In this document: piece after piece, positions 45,939 through 55,218 of the stretch | Layout: each line of letters starts with the position of its first letter | How positions within the stretch are numbered: the first letter of the stretch is position 1 | Source: a virus | Reading direction: 5' to 3' (one strand) | DNA: 64,000 nucleotides | Virus record (IMG/VR): IMGVR_UViG_3300031841_003468 | Location: 64,001 to 128,000 of that record | The notes under the pieces: generated by a model | Database searches by the model: none | Told to the model about the DNA's origin: nothing | What the model saw: only the letters and a program-made list of their open reading frames with translations | Translations under genes and position numbers: made by a program

Positions 45939-48332
45939 ATGACATTTTCATTTGGAGCTTTTTCATCAGCACCCTATAGTGGGTTAGCTGTACAAGAGAT
46001 ATACGGTAGCTGTACTATATCAGCATCGGCATCTACTTCCTCCTCTGCTAAAACAGAGGTTTCGGGAGGATCTACAATCTCTGCCAGCGGTTCCGTTGTT
46101 TCTGTTAGTAAAATTGAAACTTCTGCACAGTCAGCAATTACTGTTAATGGTGCGATTGTAAGTGATGCGGTAACTACTCCACTTGGCGTATCACTGGCTT
46201 CCGGGATTAGTTTAACTTCTAGTGGCTCTGTTGTAGTATTAAATTCATCTTCTGTATCAGCCTCAACACTTGACTTGTCTAGTGACAGCAAAACAGAAAT
46301 ACCATCACGGGGGGCAACATCACTTTCGGCAAGCGTTGTTACTGAAGGCTTTACTAGAACATTAGGTTCTTCAATAGCTTCTTCTGTCTTATCTACGTCT
46401 ATTCAGGGTAAAACAGAAATACCATCACAGGGGACAACATCACTTTCGGCAAGCGTTGTTACTGAAGGCTTTACTAGAACACTAGGTTCTTCAATAGCTT
46501 CTTCTGTCTTGTCTACGTCTATTCAGAGTAAAACAGAAATACCATCACAGGGGGCAACATCACTTTCGGCAAGTGTTGTTACTGAAGGTTTTACTAGAAC
46601 ATTAGGTTCTTCAATAGCTTCTTCTGTCTTATCTACATCTATTCAGGGTAAAACAGAAATACCTTCTTCTGCATCTGGTATAACTATCGGATCTGTTGTT
46701 TCTATTGGTATACCTTTAACACTAGCGTCTTCAATAACTCCTGCTGTTGGTCTTGTGTCTTCAGGTTCTGTTATTTCACTAAATTCATCTTCATTGTCTG
46801 CATCTAGTGGTTCATTTGTGCCTGAAGGAAAAACTACAATACCTTCAACATCCACAACATCTGCATCAGGAAGTATTAGTAGTGAATCATTTATTAGGCT
46901 TAACTCACTTTCCAGCCTATCTGGTTCTGGTAGTACAAGTGCTAACTCTGTAATTACATCATTTGGAAACTCGAATGTTAGTGCGTTAGCATCATCAACT
47001 CCTGATAGTGCAATACAGCTACTTCAAGAAAGTAGTATACAGGGTAGCGGAACAACATCGTTTGCTGGAAAAATAACTCCTCTTGGTAGTTCTGATATTA
47101 ATGGTGGATTGAATGCTGTTCTTGGTACTGCAACTACACCCATTATTGTTATACCTACTCAGGGTACATCACTAGCAAGTGGCATAAATATTACCGCCAG
47201 TTTAATTAATGTATTTGGTGAAACCATAAAGGCTGGTGCCTTCCAGATTTCTTCAAATGGAACTATTGTTCTAAATCAAGAATCTTCAGTAAGCACATCT
47301 GGTTCTATTTTATCTAACGGGATTGTTCAGCCATTAGGATCTTCCAGTACTAATCTATCTGCAAGCACTAATGCACACGCTAGATTAGAAACATTTGCAA
47401 CTTCCGCACTAAACTCCTCAGGTATATCTGCATTTACTGGATTTATAACACCGCTTGGTTCATCCACACTAAATAATAGTGGTGTATTTACATCTGATAA
47501 TCATATAGAAATATCTTCGCTGTCAACTGTCCAATCTTTAGCCTCTACTTCTGCTAAGGGTGGGCTAATTATTCATCTTTCAGAAGAATATAGTGCTGCC
47601 TCATCATTTACATCTCAGGGTTTTTGTGTATTAAATAACAGCATAACTGGCGAATATATCTTATCAGATCAATTTGGAAACCCAATTACTGACCATCTAG
47701 GTAACTATATAGTTATGTCAGCCGATGGTGCAGTTTCAGATGCTCTTGTACAAAGCAGAATGATAGTTCAGCCTTTAGGTACTACAACTATGGGTGGAAC
47801 ATTAATTCAAACTAGCGAAGCAAAGACTATTATTCCTAGTATTGCATCTGGCAGCGTAAATGCTAGCATCTCCTCTCAGTCATTCATTGAAATGGCTAAT
47901 GACGCAACCTTGCCAACTTCACTATCTTTAGACATGCATACAATTATAGAAATGTTTGGTGAAGGATCTCAGAGTGCAAATGTAACAATAGTCCCACATG
48001 CAGCGACTGTAGTCAGAGGTTATTCTACTGCAGTTATTGAGGCTTTCTCAGCTTCAGTGGGCAAAATAACAATTCCTGTCACATCAACTCCTCAGGGTGT
48101 AGCACGATTCGTTAAGGCTAAGCTTTCTAGCCTGTACGAAAATCCTGATATTATAGATATAATTGTGTATATTAACTTAGAGGAAACTATGGATGTGAAC
48201 ATCAATAAGATTGAGGACGGTATTACTGCAAATATTACTAAAACCAACAGTATTACCAAGAATATAACAAAACAATCCGGCTTCACAGCCACAATCGAAC
48301 GTTCAAACTCACTAACAGCAACAAGAGGTTAA
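45939..48332 (+). CDS. Ser/Thr-rich repetitive fibre-like protein
   Basis: FSFGAFSSAPYS N-terminus, ~20/40-aa periodicity. Confidence 0.75.
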   Translation: MTFSFGAFSSAPYSGLAVQEIYGSCTISASASTSSSAKTEVSGGSTISASGSVVSVSKIETSAQSAITVNGAIVSDAVTTPLGVSLASGISLTSSGSVVVLNSSSVSASTLDLSSDSKTEIPSRGATSLSASVVTEGFTRTLGSSIASSVLSTSIQGKTEIPSQGTTSLSASVVTEGFTRTLGSSIASSVLSTSIQSKTEIPSQGATSLSASVVTEGFTRTLGSSIASSVLSTSIQGKTEIPSSASGITIGSVVSIGIPLTLASSITPAVGLVSSGSVISLNSSSLSASSGSFVPEGKTTIPSTSTTSASGSISSESFIRLNSLSSLSGSGSTSANSVITSFGNSNVSALASSTPDSAIQLLQESSIQGSGTTSFAGKITPLGSSDINGGLNAVLGTATTPIIVIPTQGTSLASGINITASLINVFGETIKAGAFQISSNGTIVLNQESSVSTSGSILSNGIVQPLGSSSTNLSASTNAHARLETFATSALNSSGISAFTGFITPLGSSTLNNSGVFTSDNHIEISSLSTVQSLASTSAKGGLIIHLSEEYSAASSFTSQGFCVLNNSITGEYILSDQFGNPITDHLGNYIVMSADGAVSDALVQSRMIVQPLGTTTMGGTLIQTSEAKTIIPSIASGSVNASISSQSFIEMANDATLPTSLSLDMHTIIEMFGEGSQSANVTIVPHAATVVRGYSTAVIEAFSASVGKITIPVTSTPQGVARFVKAKLSSLYENPDIIDIIVYINLEETMDVNINKIEDGITANITKTNSITKNITKQSGFTATIERSNSLTATRG
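46290..46663 (+). repeat. 3.1 x 120-bp near-identical in-frame tandem repeat
   Basis: units start 46290, 46410, 46530, 46650 (AAAACAGAAATACC). Confidence 0.97.
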
Positions 48333-48334
48333 TA

Positions 48335-48643
48335 ATGGCCATAAACGAAATTCATGTAAATGATATCGGTACAGTCTTCAAATTGACTGTAAAAGACGGC
48401 ACTAGTGTTGTCGATCTTTCTTCCAATACGGGCTTAACCGTTATTTTCAAGAAGCCTAGCAATGCAAAACTAGAGCAGACTGCAGTGCTTACTAATACTG
48501 GAACTGATGGCCTTATCGAATATACGATAGCTGAAGGCGACCTAGATGAATCTGGTACTTGGCAGATACAGGCTAAGGTTCAGATTAGTGATGGAACCTT
48601 TTATTCTGATATCCACACTTTCAAAGTACATAGAAACCTATAA
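48335..48643 (+). CDS. BppU-like structural protein
   Basis: DIGT.F...VVDLS...FKKPS...DG.I.Y...GDLD.SGTW.IQ. Confidence 0.65.
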   Translation: MAINEIHVNDIGTVFKLTVKDGTSVVDLSSNTGLTVIFKKPSNAKLEQTAVLTNTGTDGLIEYTIAEGDLDESGTWQIQAKVQISDGTFYSDIHTFKVHRNL

Positions 48644-48654
48644 GGAGAACTTTA

Positions 48655-49167
48655 ATGGCTTGGCAAAATGAAATGACATTGATCGTTCGTCACCTAGTTA
48701 ACGATCTAGATAGCTCTAGTTATACATTCCAAGATGACAGAATCCAAGAAGCAATCCTTGTTTCTGCTCAGCTAATGGTTAATGAACTAGACTTTGAAAA
48801 AGAATACACTATTGAGGTTGATGGTGCAAGTCTAAGCCCAGATCCAACTGAGGGTACTAAAGACGATCCATTTATCTCTCTTGTAGCTCTTAAATGTGCC
48901 TGCATCCTAACTGGCAGTGAGCTCAAAACTAAATCACTAAGTGCCATGTCTATCAAAGACGGCCCATCAGCCATTGATACTCGTGGTATTGTTCAAGGTC
49001 TTAATATTATTTATACAGACCTATGTAGCAAATATGAAACAGCTAAGCTACAATACTTAGCAACTAGAACTGTCAATGGAACAGCTATTCTTTCTCCATA
49101 CAGTTCACCAAATTACAGTTATCCAAGAAGTACTGGTGGAACTCACCGTTCTGGAGATTTTATTTAA
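48655..49167 (+). CDS. head-tail adaptor (putative)
   Basis: IVRHLVND....FQDD.I pattern and position. Confidence 0.6.
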   Translation: MAWQNEMTLIVRHLVNDLDSSSYTFQDDRIQEAILVSAQLMVNELDFEKEYTIEVDGASLSPDPTEGTKDDPFISLVALKCACILTGSELKTKSLSAMSIKDGPSAIDTRGIVQGLNIIYTDLCSKYETAKLQYLATRTVNGTAILSPYSSPNYSYPRSTGGTHRSGDFI

Positions 49168-49192
49168 TTTTTAATCCTTAAGGAGATTTATT

Positions 49193-49405
49193 ATGGCAGA
49201 CGTAGCAATCAAAGCAAAAACTGCAGCCACTCAACCTAATGGTGGTCGTGCCGTTGTTTCAGTTCCTAAGGCAGGTATTGCCAATGGCCAAAACGTACTA
49301 GCTTCACCAATCGGTGCACTAGATGACACTGTGGCTAACATGGATACTAAGCTAGACAACAGATTTGATGATGTTAGATATTACTCAGGCGATCTAATTA
49401 CTTAA
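49193..49405 (+). CDS. hypothetical protein
   Basis: AAGGAG RBS. Confidence 0.65.
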   Translation: MADVAIKAKTAATQPNGGRAVVSVPKAGIANGQNVLASPIGALDDTVANMDTKLDNRFDDVRYYSGDLIT

Positions 49406-49423
49406 TTTTAGAGGTGTAGTCAA

Positions 49424-49939
49424 ATGGCTATAGATATCCCAGCAGATGTATTTAACATCTATAATGAAGCAGTACAGCTATTTATCAGAAAGGCTAAATT
49501 AATCTACCCGGCTAAAAGGGAAGAATGTCCTAACTGCTACGTAGCTAACAATCACTATGGTGGAAGATCTACCTCCAAGTATAAAACTGGAGGGCCAGAT
49601 CCATTTTCCGCTGGAATGACCTGTCCTGTATGTCACGGTCGTGGATATAAAGAAGTAGAAGCATCAGAAGAAATTGATGTTAGAATTTATTGGGATAGAA
49701 GAAGCTGGACTGATGTAGGTATTGATAATCTTGACTTACCTAATGGTGCTATCCAGACTATTGGATATATGAGCGATTTAGGCAAGATAGAAAAAGCAAA
49801 ATACCTAGTTCCTCAAAACTATGGTAATATTTCAAATCATCATGAAATGAAATTCCAAAGAGTAGGGACATCATATCCACAAGGATTTAAGCAGAACCCA
49901 ACAAAATATGTTGTAACATTTTGGGAGATGGTTAAATAG
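49424..49939 (+). CDS. head closure/neck protein with CxxC pairs (putative)
   Basis: CPNC...CPVCHGRG; position. Confidence 0.55.
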   Translation: MAIDIPADVFNIYNEAVQLFIRKAKLIYPAKREECPNCYVANNHYGGRSTSKYKTGGPDPFSAGMTCPVCHGRGYKEVEASEEIDVRIYWDRRSWTDVGIDNLDLPNGAIQTIGYMSDLGKIEKAKYLVPQNYGNISNHHEMKFQRVGTSYPQGFKQNPTKYVVTFWEMVK

Positions 49940-49940
49940 G

Positions 49941-50573
49941 ATGGTCAAAAAAGGACTTACAATAGTAGAGACTAATGCTCAAATTGCATTAAAGATGAAC
50001 AAGGAAATAGCAGCCTATCTAAATAGAATGGCTAAGGCTAAGTATGGCTACATTGAAGGCAAACTTAAGCCTGTTGTTGCAAGTGCAATAGCGAGCTCTC
50101 CTGAAATATCATCACTACAAAGCGGTAAATTGAAGATGGACTTTGGATTAAATCATGACCCTACACAAGGAATTATTACCGCTATCACTGAAACAGTAGA
50201 AGTTAAACTTGGTACTGGCATAAGCCCTAGATCTCTAAAGGGAACATTAATCACCATTAACGTACAGCCAACAAGCTTAAGCAATTTATTAAATCAATCT
50301 TTTGCATTTCAGCAAACCGAAGAAGGATATTTGCTTCCTTGGTTTAGATGGTTAACTACAGCGGGTGATACTCCTGTAGTTATGGATTATGATGTTTCTT
50401 ATGGAAATTATAGGCAAAGTAGGGCAGGTGGAGCTATAATGAAGAAGGGTGGTGCATTTCGTGTAGACCCAACATATTCTGGTACAAGAGAAGAAAACTT
50501 TATCTCCAGAGCACTATCTAGTAATGCTCTACTTAGAGAAATAGATAATATACTTACAAAGGCATTTAAATAA
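49941..50573 (+). CDS. neck/tail completion protein (putative)
   Basis: position; C-terminal GT...NFISRAL. Confidence 0.5.
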   Translation: MVKKGLTIVETNAQIALKMNKEIAAYLNRMAKAKYGYIEGKLKPVVASAIASSPEISSLQSGKLKMDFGLNHDPTQGIITAITETVEVKLGTGISPRSLKGTLITINVQPTSLSNLLNQSFAFQQTEEGYLLPWFRWLTTAGDTPVVMDYDVSYGNYRQSRAGGAIMKKGGAFRVDPTYSGTREENFISRALSSNALLREIDNILTKAFK

Positions 50574-51532
50574 TGGCATATAACAATCAACTAAAAGGGA
50601 TCGTTAATACATCAGATGTTAATCTGACTACAATCCTCATGGAAAACATGATTGGTTTTTTAGATCATGGTTTAATTAACGCTGGTTCTTTCTTTAATGT
50701 AGAGCGTGGAGACATGGGTCTTTATAACGCATCGGAAGCCAAGCTAAGAATGGTGCAAGACCCTAGATATACAGACGGTCAGGTTTGGGAATCATATAGA
50801 TCTAACTGGGTATGGGAAACTGGATTAGACTCTTCAGATGATCCAATTTCTATTTCTGGCGTATGGGTTAATGGTAGTTATTATGAAAATGGCAATGTGA
50901 GCAAACCTTTCCATATTGATTATCCTAATGGTCACGTAGTATTTGATACTCCACTTGCTTCAACAGACCTAGTGGAAGTCAACCATAGTAATAAATGGGT
51001 TAAAGTTATGCCTCAGAGAGGTATGCCTTGGTTTAGAGAAATACAAACTGGTTCTTTTAGAAATGATAATCCTCACTTCCTTCAGTCTGGATCAGGCGAA
51101 TGGGCACAATTAGCAGAGACTAGAGTTCAGCTTCCTGCTATTGGGGTAGAGGTTGTCCCGAATAGATCGTTTAGACCATATCAGATTGGTGGTACTCAGT
51201 GGGCTATGACCGATGTTATTTTCCACATTGTTGCTGAAGAAGAGTGGGTAGCCGCCAATTTAACAGACATTATATCCTATCAAAACGATAGAACAATCGT
51301 ATTATTCGACAGTAATCAGGTAGCTGCTTCCGGGTCGTATCCTCTTGATGTAAACGGCTCAAAAACTACTAATGCCAATACAGAAGCACAATATCCTCAG
51401 TATGTAGATACTTATCCATACCAGAAGTGTTTTATTACTAACACTAGAGGACAGGGGATTACACAGATAGCCCCAGAGCTGTATATAGGCACTGTTCGTT
51501 GCACAACTGAAGTAGAAATGACAAATATTTAG
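50573..51532 (+). CDS. tail terminator-like protein (putative)
   Basis: LPAIGVEV...YQIGG...DVIFHIVAE; directly before tail tube. Confidence 0.55.
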   Translation: MAYNNQLKGIVNTSDVNLTTILMENMIGFLDHGLINAGSFFNVERGDMGLYNASEAKLRMVQDPRYTDGQVWESYRSNWVWETGLDSSDDPISISGVWVNGSYYENGNVSKPFHIDYPNGHVVFDTPLASTDLVEVNHSNKWVKVMPQRGMPWFREIQTGSFRNDNPHFLQSGSGEWAQLAETRVQLPAIGVEVVPNRSFRPYQIGGTQWAMTDVIFHIVAEEEWVAANLTDIISYQNDRTIVLFDSNQVAASGSYPLDVNGSKTTNANTEAQYPQYVDTYPYQKCFITNTRGQGITQIAPELYIGTVRCTTEVEMTNI

Positions 51533-51642
51533 TCAAAAAAACTCATATTGTGTATTTTATTGTATACCACTTTTGCCAAAAAGTACGAAGGATAGTTTTT
51601 TAATACGTATTACTATAACTAAACTTTTGGAGAATTTTTGTT

Positions 51643-52653
51643 ATGGCCAATAAAAGAATTTTTTATGCTTGCCAAGCCGTAGCTATCACAACCCAAGACG
51701 GTTCCGTTGGAGCTGGGAATGTGATGAAAGGTGTCCAGAGTGTTGGTATTAATACCAATATTTCTCTAGACCAAGTTTTCGAGCTAGGTCAAGCAGCCAT
51801 TTATGAAAATATAGAAGAAGTTGCCGAAGTTGAAGTAACCATTGAAAAGGTTCTTGACGGGCACAAACTTCTATATAACGCTGCTGCTCCATCTGGTGGC
51901 ACTGATATCGTTGCTGCTTCTGCGGAAGAATGTGACGTTTATCTAGCTATTTATGCTGATAGTGCCAACGCAATCGCTTCAACTAATAAAGTAAACGTCG
52001 TAGCCTGCCCTAAAATGGTAGTAGGTTCTGTTTCTTATAGTTGGACTGTTGACGGAACAGCAACTGAATCTGTTACCCTAGTCGGTAACGATAAGGTCTG
52101 GAATACCCAAGCTAGTGATCTAATGAGTGCCGATGCAGACACTAAGTATGCAGACGGTCTTGCCACTGGTATTGATGGAACTCACAGCCCTCTACACGCA
52201 GCCGCTGGCTCTGGTGTTGTTCGTAGAAGCAACGTTTATAGTCACGGTGATGGTGGTGCCGATTGGCCTGCCGCTGTTTTGACTAACGGTACTGCTGGTA
52301 GTCGTCGTGTTCAATCTATCAGCATGAGTGCTGACTTTGGACGTGAGAACATTCTAGAACTTGGCTCTTTCGGGCCTTATTGCAAGTACGCTAGTTTCCC
52401 ATTTGAAGTTTCAGCCGAATTTGAAGTTGTTTCTTCTGGTGGTGACTTAGTTAACGTTTCTGGTACTGGTAAAAACCTAGGTACTGGTGAGACTATCACC
52501 GTTACTGACCAAGCTGGAACTGTTGTCTCAGGTGACAACTTCAAGCTAACTGGAGTTTCATACTCTGGTGGAGATACTGGTGGCGGTAACGCTAGTGTTA
52601 CTTTTAGCTACTCTACTTTCAATAGCTTCACAGCTACTAACCCATCTGCCTAA
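51643..52653 (+). CDS. major tail tube protein
   Basis: own TGTGTA motif, biased codons, internal duplication (VQSVG..ELG / VQSIS..ELG). Confidence 0.7.
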   Translation: MANKRIFYACQAVAITTQDGSVGAGNVMKGVQSVGINTNISLDQVFELGQAAIYENIEEVAEVEVTIEKVLDGHKLLYNAAAPSGGTDIVAASAEECDVYLAIYADSANAIASTNKVNVVACPKMVVGSVSYSWTVDGTATESVTLVGNDKVWNTQASDLMSADADTKYADGLATGIDGTHSPLHAAAGSGVVRRSNVYSHGDGGADWPAAVLTNGTAGSRRVQSISMSADFGRENILELGSFGPYCKYASFPFEVSAEFEVVSSGGDLVNVSGTGKNLGTGETITVTDQAGTVVSGDNFKLTGVSYSGGDTGGGNASVTFSYSTFNSFTATNPSA

Positions 52654-52790
52654 TAGCGGATAAGTAGAATAGCAATAAAGACTTTTTATAGCGATAGCTA
52701 GATTTACAGATAAATATATAGGATAGAATTTGTCTAGCAAGTAATATTAAGTCATGATTAGGGATAATAGGAAGGAACTTTTTTTTAGCT

Positions 52791-53840
52791 ATGGAACAAG
52801 AGCAAAAAGAAGCTATAACTTACAGGATAATTTCTGGCGAATTTAGATTTCGTTACGGTGACATGCGTCTCAAGGTGATTGAGCCAGACAGTTCATTGAT
52901 GTATGAAGCCAGCGAAATATATAAAGAAGCATTTGAAGATGCTTATCTACAGGGTCTCTATACCGAGCAAGAAAGACTTGATCTTCTGCTAAAGAACAAT
53001 CTATGGTCTCCTCTTGACGATAAACATGCAGAATCTCTCTCTAAAGAAATTGATGATCTTAAGGTAGAATGTTTTAAGAACTTTTGGAACAAAAGAGAGC
53101 TTAGAGGATTTAAAAACTCTCTTAGAAGAAAAGAAAAAGAGTGGCAGGAAGCCCTTATGAAAAAACATCAGTTTTCCGATGTTAGTATTTCTGGCTACGC
53201 ATCTGCCGCCAAATGGACTTATATAATTAGTAATTCAACATATCATATGAATGATGAAAAGTGTTTGTTTGAAAACGTAACACTTCCAAAAGTAGTTCAA
53301 ACATATCAGTCCAATAAAATAAAAGACTCCGAAATAAGAGAGTGTGCAAGATCTACTCCTTGGAGCGGAATGTGGGGTGCGGCTAACCGAGAAGGCTCTT
53401 TGTTCGGAAAACCCACAGCTACCCTAACAAGAGAGCAGCTACTTATATGTCAGTATTCTAGAATGTATGATGGAATATATGAAAACCCGGATGCTCCTGA
53501 TGATAAAATAATTGAAGACGATGACGCATTAGACGGATGGATGATATCCGAAAGAAAGAAACGAAAAGAAGAAAAAGCCAAAAGCGAAGCAGAGCAAATG
53601 ATTGGAAATAGTAAAATTTCCGGTGCCGGAGAAGTCTTTGTAATGGCAGACTCAATAGAAGAAAGAGAAAAGATTATGTCTCTTAATTCAGCTGAGTCTA
53701 AAAATATCATTGCCGAAAGGAATGCAAGATTAGAACAGGAAGGATCTCTGGTTGATGCCCAACTTCCAGATGTCCAGCGGGATTTGCTGGTTCAGCAAAA
53801 CGAAGCATTTATATCAAATATGGGCGGTAACAAAACTTAA
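52791..53840 (+). CDS. tail assembly chaperone-like protein
   Basis: between tube and TMP; P.D.IIEDDDALDGW motif. Confidence 0.55.
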   Translation: MEQEQKEAITYRIISGEFRFRYGDMRLKVIEPDSSLMYEASEIYKEAFEDAYLQGLYTEQERLDLLLKNNLWSPLDDKHAESLSKEIDDLKVECFKNFWNKRELRGFKNSLRRKEKEWQEALMKKHQFSDVSISGYASAAKWTYIISNSTYHMNDEKCLFENVTLPKVVQTYQSNKIKDSEIRECARSTPWSGMWGAANREGSLFGKPTATLTREQLLICQYSRMYDGIYENPDAPDDKIIEDDDALDGWMISERKKRKEEKAKSEAEQMIGNSKISGAGEVFVMADSIEEREKIMSLNSAESKNIIAERNARLEQEGSLVDAQLPDVQRDLLVQQNEAFISNMGGNKT

Positions 53841-53856
53841 TTTTAAGGAAAATTAG

Positions 53857-54213
53857 ATGGACAATTTTAATGATCTATTAAAGCAGTCTCTCGACTACAA
53901 GCAGAAGAGAGATAGCAGGTATAAGGAGGTCTCTAAAGATCGCCTTTGTAAGATCGCTAAAAAGAAAGTTCAAACAACTATGATTGGCTCTCTTTCTAGC
54001 ATCGAAAAACATTTAGGATTTTTATGGGGTCACGGCGAAGCCGTTGAGGACTTAACCCCAGAACAGGCTGCAGTCAGGGCACTATTTGAAGAAGCACGAG
54101 CAGAAATTCTTGATCGTGGTAATACTCAAATCAGAAATCTAGAAACTGAGCTTGTTAACTACGATATAACTTGGAATAAACAAACTACTAATCTAAGAAT
54201 GAAGGACAACTAA
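53857..54213 (+). CDS. hypothetical protein
   Basis: AAGGA RBS. Confidence 0.7.
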   Translation: MDNFNDLLKQSLDYKQKRDSRYKEVSKDRLCKIAKKKVQTTMIGSLSSIEKHLGFLWGHGEAVEDLTPEQAAVRALFEEARAEILDRGNTQIRNLETELVNYDITWNKQTTNLRMKDN

Positions 54214-54215
54214 AA

Positions 54216-55088
54216 ATGGAACGTATTATAAAAAGTGTAAGCCTAGAAGGAAATGAAGTATCTGTCAAGGTTATCTCCCCCAATGCTAAAGCAGTTAGAG
54301 ATGGACAGGCAGCATACAATAAAGTATTTAGAGAGTCTCTAGAAAACGGTTCTTTATTGCGTCAAAAGCTTGGCGAATACATGGAAGAGCAGGGACTATG
54401 GGACGAAGCCAAAGAACTGAAATACGCTGAAATTATGCAAGCTATTGCTCAAGATGAAGAGACACTACAGTCTGGTGGTATTCCTTTGTCCGAAGCTAAA
54501 GAAATTGCATTTGGACTTAAAGCAAAAAGAGCACAGTTCACCGAACTTATTTCTGAAAGAAATCAGCTAGACGCTATGACCGCAGAAGGAACAGCAGACA
54601 ATGCTCGTTTTAACTCTTTGGTTGTTTCTTGTGTGCTAAATCTTTCTGGTGGTCAAATTTGGAATAGTATTGAAGATTATGACTTAGAAGCAAATGAGCC
54701 TTGGGCTGTCGAAGCTGCAAGTGCTTTAGCTAACATGATTTATGGTATTGATGAAAATTATGACCAGACTAGAGTTGAGCATAAATTTTTAGTTGAATAT
54801 AAATTCACCGACGAAAAAGGTAGACGCATTAATGAAGAAGGCCATCTTGTAGACAATGAGGGTCGTCTAATTAATGAAGAAAACCATTATATTAAATATG
54901 ATGATGAAGGTAATGAAATTAGAATTACCAAAGACGGTGAAGAAATGGACGAAAATGGAAATGTAGTCACAAAATTTTCTCCATTTTTAGATGATTCTGG
55001 AAAACCAGTTACTCCTCCTTCTGAAGAAGAAAAGGAAGAGCCAAAAAAACCTGCCAGAAGAACACGAAAATCTACGGCAAAAAGCTAA
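54216..55088 (+). CDS. tail assembly chaperone-like protein
   Basis: acidic helical protein directly before TMP. Confidence 0.5.
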   Translation: MERIIKSVSLEGNEVSVKVISPNAKAVRDGQAAYNKVFRESLENGSLLRQKLGEYMEEQGLWDEAKELKYAEIMQAIAQDEETLQSGGIPLSEAKEIAFGLKAKRAQFTELISERNQLDAMTAEGTADNARFNSLVVSCVLNLSGGQIWNSIEDYDLEANEPWAVEAASALANMIYGIDENYDQTRVEHKFLVEYKFTDEKGRRINEEGHLVDNEGRLINEENHYIKYDDEGNEIRITKDGEEMDENGNVVTKFSPFLDDSGKPVTPPSEEEKEEPKKPARRTRKSTAKS

Positions 55089-55134
55089 TTTTTGTGTAAT
55101 TATAGGTAGGGTAAGCTCTACAAACGGTTAGTGC

Positions 55135-55196
55135 AAGGTATGCGGATAGTGTTTAAGATAACAATGTATTACTCACTATTCGTATACCTTTTTTTT
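55135..55196 (+). terminator. long-stem terminator directly upstream of TMP
   Basis: 17-bp stem AAGGTATGCGGATAGTG/CACTATTCGTATACCTT + T-run. Confidence 0.75.
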
Positions 55197-55218
55197 GAAA
55201 AAATGGACTTAGGAAAGT

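Larger units (their letters stand above)
5645..55099 (+). promoter_or_regulatory. putative late promoter motif (T)TGTGTA(T/A), no -35
   Basis: intergenic copies at 5645, 14313, 22747, 28902, 31089, 34360, 51548, 55092, each upstream of a plus-strand unit. Confidence 0.75.

Noticed and set aside
52791-55088. programmed frameshift in tail chaperones
   Set aside because: no convincing slippery heptamer at ORF ends; each ORF has its own start
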